Assembly: GCA_963663385.2 (NCBI GenBank)
Contig: CAXXXD010000001.1
Location: 448,001-512,000, forward strand
Origin: Oceanispirochaeta sp.
Lineage (GTDB): Bacteria > Spirochaetota > Spirochaetia > DSM-2461
DNA: 64,000 nucleotides
Direction of reading: 5' to 3'
The notes beneath the pieces were generated by a model that was not told where the DNA came from, did no database searches, and saw nothing but the letters and a program-made list of their open reading frames with translations. Shown piece by piece: positions 58,115-64,000 of the stretch. A program made the position numbers and the translations under genes. Positions within the stretch are counted from its first letter, which is position 1; each line of letters starts with the position of its first letter.

Positions 58115-59080
58115 ATGAAAACACAGCAGATAAAACAAAATCCCGGTTATCTAATTGCCATGCTCAGTGCACTGATTCTGTCAACAACAGGAATCTTTAT
58201 CGCATATCTGTCAAATGAGTTCTCCCTGCCTCCCATTGTTCTCTCTTTCTGGCGGGAGCTCCTGGTTTTCCTGGTTCTGCTGATTTATCTGCTGATCAGA
58301 AATCCCCGTGCTGTTGATCCTAAAGGAAAAAACTTTTCCCTGCTTATCCCTTATGGTGTGATTCTGGCGGTTTTCAATGCTTTATGGACCTTCTCGGTTG
58401 TTCTGAACGGAGCCGCTCTTGGAACATTCCTTGTTTATACCAGTCCGATTTTCACAGCGCTTCTCAGCCGCCTGCTGTTCAGGGATAAAATGAGTGCTCT
58501 CCATCTGATCTGCATTCTCCTGAGCCTTACGGGCTGTCTGTTTATTTCCGGGATTCTATCCGAATCGGGCGGGTCTGTTTCTCTATTGGGTCTGGTTATC
58601 GGCCTACTGGCAGGATTGGCCTATAGCGGGTATACCATTATGGGGAAACAGGCAGGTAACGGGGCCGCGGCGGACGATATCTGGGGAACCCTGTGCTGGA
58701 TCTTCGGGATTGCGGCGGTGTGCATGTTTTTTATGAACCGGCTGACTGCTTTTCTACCGTCCTCGGCCTACCCGCTGGGAGGAAGACTTCTGTATCTGGG
58801 CTCCTCTTACAAGGGGTGGCTTATTCTGTTTCTTCTGGCAGCCGTTCCGACTCTTACAGGATTCGGCTTCTATAACTTAAGCCTTAAGTACCTGCCGCCG
58901 CTAACTGTCAGCCTGATTGCTTCTTCAGAGCCGGCTTTCACAGCAGTTCTGGCCTATTTCCTCCTTAAGGAGAGGATGGATTCGTTTTCAGCACTCGGAT
59001 GCTGTTTGATCCTTCTATCGGTTATTCTGATTCAAACCGGGATTCCCGTATTCCGCCGGGCCGATTCCTTGACAGGATAA
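58115..59080 (+). CDS. DMT/EamA-family transporter
   Basis: About 10 TM helices; YTSPIFTALLS, SEPAFTAVLAYFLLKE. Confidence 0.9.
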   Translation: MKTQQIKQNPGYLIAMLSALILSTTGIFIAYLSNEFSLPPIVLSFWRELLVFLVLLIYLLIRNPRAVDPKGKNFSLLIPYGVILAVFNALWTFSVVLNGAALGTFLVYTSPIFTALLSRLLFRDKMSALHLICILLSLTGCLFISGILSESGGSVSLLGLVIGLLAGLAYSGYTIMGKQAGNGAAADDIWGTLCWIFGIAAVCMFFMNRLTAFLPSSAYPLGGRLLYLGSSYKGWLILFLLAAVPTLTGFGFYNLSLKYLPPLTVSLIASSEPAFTAVLAYFLLKERMDSFSALGCCLILLSVILIQTGIPVFRRADSLTG

Positions 59081-59097
59081 TTGGCTGACGATACAAT
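59069..59097 (+). promoter_or_regulatory. sigma70 promoter of the pheST leader
   Basis: TTGACA (59069-59074)-17 nt-TACAAT (59092-59097). Confidence 0.8.
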
Positions 59098-59107
59098 ATC
59101 TCCCAAT

Positions 59108-59194
59108 ATGACAAAGCCCTTTTTCTTTTTTAATTTTTTTACTCACTTTTTCTTTTTCAGCTTTATAAGCGGGAAGAGGCCGGGGCTTTCATAA
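59108..59194 (+). CDS. Phe-rich leader peptide (PheM-like) MTKPFFFFNFFTHFFFFSFISGKRPGLS
   Basis: 28 codons, 11 of them Phe, between the promoter and the terminator directly upstream of pheS; too short for the ORF track. Confidence 0.8.
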   Translation: MTKPFFFFNFFTHFFFFSFISGKRPGLS

Positions 59195-59211
59195 AGAACG
59201 TTTGTTCAAAT

Positions 59212-59269
59212 GAGCCGCAGAGGGTTTCTTCCCATAATGAGGATGGAAACCTGCTGCGGCTCTTTTTTT
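59212..59269 (+). terminator. Attenuator terminator upstream of pheS
   Basis: GAGCCGCAG..GGTTTC..GAAACC..CTGCGGCTC-TTTTTTT. Confidence 0.85.
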
Positions 59270-59320
59270 GTCTGGTGTATTAAATGGAATCTAATATAAA
59301 TAAGGAATGAGAGGTCCAGG

Positions 59321-60364
59321 ATGGAACAGAATCTGGAAAATCTGAAAAATGAATTTGCCGAAGCCCTTGAAGCGGTGCAAGACCGTCCGGCGCTGGTAAA
59401 CCTGAAGGCGGATTTCCTGGGAAAGAAGGGAAAGTTGAATTCAATCCTTAAATCCCTGAAAGACGCTTCCCCCGAAGTAAAAAAATCTTTGGGAATGAAA
59501 TCCAATCAGCTGAAAGAGACAATACTGGCGGGAGTCGAAAAAAAAATGACCCAGCTGGAATTGTCTGAGATTAATGAGCGCCTGATGAAGAACTGGCAGG
59601 ATGTAACCCTCCGCGGATCAATTCGAGATAATGGTTTGAATGCAGCCGGCTATCATCCGGTAAGCATCATTCAGAGAGAGATAGAGGATATTTTTCTGTC
59701 CATGGGGTTTGAGATTCTGGACGGTCCCCATATTGAGGATGATTACCATAATTTTGAAGCCTTGAATATCCCCGAAACCCATCCGGCCCGTGATATGCAG
59801 GATACTTTCTGGTTTGCGGATATGCAGCACCTGCTGAGAACCCACACATCCTGTATTCAGGCCAGGGGAATGGAAACCCGGCAGCCACCCTTTAAATTCA
59901 TCGGTCCCGGTAAGGTCTTTCGCTGCGAAGCAACCGATGCATCCCATGAGGCGGCCTTTCATCAGCTGGAAGGGATGATGGTCGGAAAAGACATTTCCGT
60001 TGCCAACCTGATCTACTTTATGAAAACACTGTTGAGCGAGATTTTTCAGAAGGATGTCAATGTACGCCTTCGTCCGGGATTCTTTCCCTTTGTGGAACCG
60101 GGATTCGAACTGGATATCGAGTGCCTGATCTGCGGCGGCAAAGGCTGCTCTGTCTGTAAGCAGTCCGGTTGGGTGGAACTGCTTCCCTGTGGAATGGTTC
60201 ACCCCAATGTTCTGAAAGCCGGCGGAGTAGATCCGGAGGAGTATAATGGTTTCGCCTTTGGCCTCGGACTGGACCGCCTTGTTATGATGCGATACGGGAT
60301 TGATGATATCCGCCATCTGCACAGCGGAAATCTCTCATTCGTCTCACAATTTAAAGCGTACTGA
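59321..60364 (+). CDS. pheS: Phenylalanine--tRNA ligase alpha subunit
   Basis: NFEALNIPETHPARDMQDTF, LRTHTS, FHQLEG, FPFVEPG, GFAFGLGLDRL. Confidence 0.98.
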   Translation: MEQNLENLKNEFAEALEAVQDRPALVNLKADFLGKKGKLNSILKSLKDASPEVKKSLGMKSNQLKETILAGVEKKMTQLELSEINERLMKNWQDVTLRGSIRDNGLNAAGYHPVSIIQREIEDIFLSMGFEILDGPHIEDDYHNFEALNIPETHPARDMQDTFWFADMQHLLRTHTSCIQARGMETRQPPFKFIGPGKVFRCEATDASHEAAFHQLEGMMVGKDISVANLIYFMKTLLSEIFQKDVNVRLRPGFFPFVEPGFELDIECLICGGKGCSVCKQSGWVELLPCGMVHPNVLKAGGVDPEEYNGFAFGLGLDRLVMMRYGIDDIRHLHSGNLSFVSQFKAY

Positions 60365-60379
60365 TCGGGGGAATAAACA

Positions 60380-62797
60380 ATGTATATATCAATAGACTGG
60401 ATTAAAGATTATGTGGAACTGCCGGATCTTTCTCCGGAAGAGCTGGCAGTCCGCTTTACCATGGCCACCTGCGAGGTGGAGGAAGTTAAAACCACTGGAG
60501 CGCTGCTGGAAAAGGTCAGGATCGTACAAATTACTGAAATACAGAATCATCCCGATTCCGATCACCTTCACCTGGTGAAGTTTACAGATGGGAAAGGCAG
60601 CTGGGAAGTTGTCTGCGGAGCTCCCAATGTGGCTGTGGGAAAGAAAGTTCCCTATGCCCCACTGGGAACGACCTTTGCCGGAGGGTTTACCCTGGTTCCG
60701 AAAAAGATCCGCGGAATCATGTCCGAGGGCATGCTCTGCAGTGAGACCGAACTGGAAATCGGTAACGATGATTCGGGTCTGAAGATCTTCCCGGATGATG
60801 CACCTCTTGGGATTTCCGTTGCAGAATACCTGGGTGTCAAGGGCGATATCCTCTTTGATATTGATAATAAATCCATTACTCATCGCCCCGATCTCTGGGG
60901 GCACTATGGAATGGCCAGAGAGTTCGCTGCGGTTTTCCGGAATGAGCTTAAAAATCCTTTTAGTTTGGAGTGGGAGAAGAAAATTCAGGGATGGTTCAGC
61001 AGCGATAAACCTCCCGTGACGATTGAAGTGGATAAAGACTCTGCCAACCTGGGATTCAAAGGGCTTTCCATGGACAATATCACCATCAAGGACAGCCCCC
61101 AATGGATGCAGGAAAGGCTGAATGCCTGTGGGATGCGGCCCATTAATAATATAGTTGATATCTCCAACTATGTTATGCTGGAGCTGGGTATGCCCAACCA
61201 TATTTTTGACCGGGATACAAACCGCGGCGGCAGGATCGTTGTAAGAAGAGCCGGTGAGAACATGAAATTCACCACTCTTGATGAGGTTGAGCGGGATATA
61301 GTGCCTACTGACACTATGGTCTGCGATGCGGAAGGACCTGCCAGCATAGCCGGGATCATGGGTGGTCTGGATAGCGGTATTGCTGATACAACAAGCCGGA
61401 TTTTTCTGGAAGCGGCCAACTGGGTGGATGCGGAAGTCCGCCGTACTTCAACTCGTCTGGGGCTGAGGACCGATGCCCTGCAGCGCTATGAAAAATCTCT
61501 GGACAGCCAGATGCTGGATAATACCATCTACCGTCTGGTTGAGCTGATTAAGGAAAGCTGCCCGGAGGCTACTGTAGTAGGCGGTATTGTAGAAGATAAT
61601 ATGCCTGAATATACTCCGTTGGTTATTAAAATTTCTGCCAGCCGGGTTTGTCAGGTACTGGGTAAGGAAATTCCGGCAGAAGAGATTATCCGCATTCTGG
61701 AATCCCTTGATTTTGGGATTGCCCGGGAGGGAGACTCTCTGACAGTTACTGTTCCTTCCTATCGTTCTACCAAAGACATTGAGTGTGAGGCAGATATTAT
61801 TGAGGAGATCGGGCGGGTTATCGGTTACGATAATATTACCCCGGCTTCTCCCATGAATGCCATTACATCGGTTCGCCTTTCAGAGGCTCTCCAGATGTCC
61901 AGGAAAATCAAGGACTACCTTGTCTTAAACGGGAAATCCCTGGAAATCATGACCTACCCCATGGTAGGAGAAAAGCTTCTGGATCAGGCTTTCTGGCCGG
62001 AAAAAAATGAGAATCTGGTTCTGGTCAATGCTATGAGTCCGGAACATGACCGGATGCGTCCATCCATGATCCCCAGTCTTTTGAATACGGCGTCTCTTAA
62101 CCAGAAAACATGGAGCTCCTTCCGTATGTTTGAGATGGGACGCTCCTATATTCAGGATGATAAGGAATTCTCTAAAGAGCGGTATCAGCTTGGCGTGGTT
62201 TTTTTTGATAGGAAAAGGTCTCCCTTTATTGAGGTTGCTGATACCATGGAAGGTCTGATGAACAGCCTGAATCTTCCTTTCCGGATAACCACCGGTTACA
62301 ATAAGCAGAACCCCCTTTTACCGGAAGAGTGGCCCGGACGCCATCCCTCAGATTACCTGGATATTCAGGTAATGGGCGGAAGCTGCGGATTCATTACATC
62401 TGTTCATCCTCTGGTTTGCCGAAACTTCAAGATTAAGGGGCAGCTGGTTATGGCTGTTCTGGATTTGACAGACTTTCAGGATAAAAAGATGAAGGATAAG
62501 ACAAAGTATAAACCTCTGGCTAAATTCCCCTCATCAACCTTTGACTGTACCGTTGTTACAGACTCCCGGACTCCCGCTGAGGATGTGGTTAAGGCCATGG
62601 GAAGGATGAAGATGAAAGAGCTGGACTGGGTTCGAATCGTGGATATATTCCAGCTATCTGAGGAACAGAAGACAATAACAGTCCGAACCTCATTCAGCGA
62701 TGCGGAAAAGACCCTTTCGGGTGACTTTATCCGGGAAGCTGAAGACAAGGTTGTGGAAACCCTGAAAAAAGCAGGATTCCCCCTGAAAATGGGCTGA
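60380..62797 (+). CDS. pheT: Phenylalanine--tRNA ligase beta subunit (bacterial architecture)
   Basis: VVCGAPNV and SEGMLCS (tRNA-binding OB fold), THRPDL, INNIVDISNYVMLELG, DIIEEIGR, C-terminal FDX-ACB-like domain. Confidence 0.97.
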   Translation: MYISIDWIKDYVELPDLSPEELAVRFTMATCEVEEVKTTGALLEKVRIVQITEIQNHPDSDHLHLVKFTDGKGSWEVVCGAPNVAVGKKVPYAPLGTTFAGGFTLVPKKIRGIMSEGMLCSETELEIGNDDSGLKIFPDDAPLGISVAEYLGVKGDILFDIDNKSITHRPDLWGHYGMAREFAAVFRNELKNPFSLEWEKKIQGWFSSDKPPVTIEVDKDSANLGFKGLSMDNITIKDSPQWMQERLNACGMRPINNIVDISNYVMLELGMPNHIFDRDTNRGGRIVVRRAGENMKFTTLDEVERDIVPTDTMVCDAEGPASIAGIMGGLDSGIADTTSRIFLEAANWVDAEVRRTSTRLGLRTDALQRYEKSLDSQMLDNTIYRLVELIKESCPEATVVGGIVEDNMPEYTPLVIKISASRVCQVLGKEIPAEEIIRILESLDFGIAREGDSLTVTVPSYRSTKDIECEADIIEEIGRVIGYDNITPASPMNAITSVRLSEALQMSRKIKDYLVLNGKSLEIMTYPMVGEKLLDQAFWPEKNENLVLVNAMSPEHDRMRPSMIPSLLNTASLNQKTWSSFRMFEMGRSYIQDDKEFSKERYQLGVVFFDRKRSPFIEVADTMEGLMNSLNLPFRITTGYNKQNPLLPEEWPGRHPSDYLDIQVMGGSCGFITSVHPLVCRNFKIKGQLVMAVLDLTDFQDKKMKDKTKYKPLAKFPSSTFDCTVVTDSRTPAEDVVKAMGRMKMKELDWVRIVDIFQLSEEQKTITVRTSFSDAEKTLSGDFIREAEDKVVETLKKAGFPLKMG

Positions 62798-62821
62798 TGA
62801 AAAAAGTTGAATAATTGATCG

Positions 62822-62850
62822 GGCCGGGAGAATATCCCGGCCTTATTTAT
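62822..62850 (+). terminator. Hairpin or terminator after pheT
   Basis: GGCCGGGA-gaata-TCCCGGCC-TTATTT. Confidence 0.65.
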
Positions 62851-62895
62851 TATAAAAAGCTGTTCCATTTGTTATGATTAAAAGATAACGAATTT

Positions 62896-63468
62896 TCAGC
62901 CTTTTTTTGTTTTGGCGTCTATACTCCCCATTATAACAAACCCATCGATGTGGATAAGGGGGCCGCTGCTTTCGGACTGTACTCTATTCTCAATAGATCC
63001 CAGGATGGGGACTCCCTTGGATGTTACCCGTACACCGGGAGGGAATTTCATCTCTATGCTGCCCATGAAGGCAAAGGCTTTTATGATGGTTGTTTCCGGG
63101 TAGAACCGGGCATCCCTGAAATCCAGGACCTGACTACCCAGTACGGCCGAGACATCCAGCTGTCTGGGTACATCCCACTGTCCTCGTCTGGTATTACTGC
63201 CCAGGAGTGTAAAAAAAGAGTCGCTCTCTATTTCACTCACCTGGAAATCTGCGGTTGTATGAGGCTGCTCATTCCCTTCAGGAAGAGGCAGGTCTTCCAT
63301 CAGAGAGAGGATTCCTGTTTTACCCTCTGTTCTGTTGAGAATATCCAGGCGCCTTTCCAGCTCTGTAATGGAAATATGGTTGTGCGCATAGGCCCACTGA
63401 AGCTGTTTCTCCGCCTCCTTCCGCAGTTCTTCAGTGCTGATATTCTGAAAATGGTGTAAAATGGGCAT
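62896..63468 (-). CDS. DUF1707 (SHOCT-like) plus LiaF/DUF2154-like C-terminal domain protein
   Basis: L..AYA..HI.ITELERRL; RRGQWDVP, VLGSQVLDFRDA, FMGSIEM. Confidence 0.75.
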   Translation of the reverse strand: MPILHHFQNISTEELRKEAEKQLQWAYAHNHISITELERRLDILNRTEGKTGILSLMEDLPLPEGNEQPHTTADFQVSEIESDSFFTLLGSNTRRGQWDVPRQLDVSAVLGSQVLDFRDARFYPETTIIKAFAFMGSIEMKFPPGVRVTSKGVPILGSIENRVQSESSGPLIHIDGFVIMGSIDAKTKKG

Positions 63469-63479
63469 TGTTAGCTCCT

Positions 63480-64000
63480 CTATTCGACGGGGAAATCAAT
63501 TAGAAATCCCAGGCCGCTTTCCATTTGCGTGTTTATCGTGATATTGCCTTTCAGTTTCTGATTAACAAGATTGTATACGATATGGAGTCCCAAACCGGTT
63601 CCTCCTTCTCCCCGGGCTGTGGTGTAGAAGGGTTCGAATAACTTGCCGGCCGATTCCTCATTAACGCCCTGTCCGTTATCGCTATAGTTCATAAGAATGT
63701 GATTTCCCTTCCGTTTACAATCGATACTGATAGTTCCCGAATCTCTGTTTTTAAATCCGTGTTTGATGGAATTCATAATCAGGTTGGATATTATCTGGGA
63801 AATGGTTCCCGGATAAGTTGTAATCTCAAGCTCTTCGGGACAGTTTACATTTATCAGACAGGGTTTCTTTTTCAGTTCCGGATGCAGGCTCTTTATCACT
63901 TCCTGAATATAACTCTTGAGGATAAAACGTCTGATCCCCTCATCCGATTGATCTACAGCAACCTGCTTAAAAACTTTGATCTGGCTGGCTGCTCTCTCCA
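63480..64000 (-). CDS. Sensor histidine kinase, C-terminal part (truncated by window end)
   Basis: Frame stays open to the window edge (ERAASQIKVFKQVAVDQ); N box NLIMNSIKHG, DNGQG, FEPFYTT, GGTGLGL. Confidence 0.92.
   Translation of the reverse strand, partial: ERAASQIKVFKQVAVDQSDEGIRRFILKSYIQEVIKSLHPELKKKPCLINVNCPEELEITTYPGTISQIISNLIMNSIKHGFKNRDSGTISIDCKRKGNHILMNYSDNGQGVNEESAGKLFEPFYTTARGEGGTGLGLHIVYNLVNQKLKGNITINTQMESGLGFLIDFPVE

Noticed and set aside
59100..59300. T-box riboswitch upstream of pheS (and upstream of proS)
   Set aside because: No GGTGGNACCGCG T-box motif was seen in either leader. For pheS the leader-peptide model explains the sequence.
1..64000. parS sites (TGTTTCACGTGAAACA), tRNA/rRNA genes and transposases
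   Set aside because: None were noticed on reading; a manual scan could miss degenerate copies.

Overview
The window is core chromosome of a free-living spirochaete (Spirochaetales-like). The assignment is inferred from the rnpA-yidD-yidC-jag block, the rsmE-ctpA / MinD-like-lgt synteny and several spirochaete-type conserved proteins. It holds about 50 densely packed housekeeping and metabolic CDSs, including thrC, aspartokinase, murA, lgt, proS, lysA, pyrC, hisA, hisE, nfnAB, ald with an Lrp regulator, mnmA, nnr, radA, two cyclophilin-FKBP fusions and pheST. I saw no rRNA, tRNA, CRISPR array, prophage or intact IS. The most interesting signals are non-coding or missing from the ORF track. (1) A 28-aa leader peptide with 11 Phe codons and alternative antiterminator/terminator hairpins lies in front of pheST, forming a PheM-like attenuator. 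(2) Six co-oriented DnaA boxes at 10-11 bp spacing flank a very AT-rich spacer at about 7.1-7.3 kb, a candidate oriC or DnaA-regulatory locus with no dnaA beside it, inside an AT-rich domain whose GC content rises along the window. (3) Several genes have a sigma70 -10 box only 6-9 nt before the ATG, suggesting leaderless mRNAs. (4) A sigma54 promoter is present, as is a sigma54 activator that lacks its HTH. (5) A Pro-codon run is embedded in the terminator upstream of proS. All product calls come from motif recognition by eye; no database searches were run.
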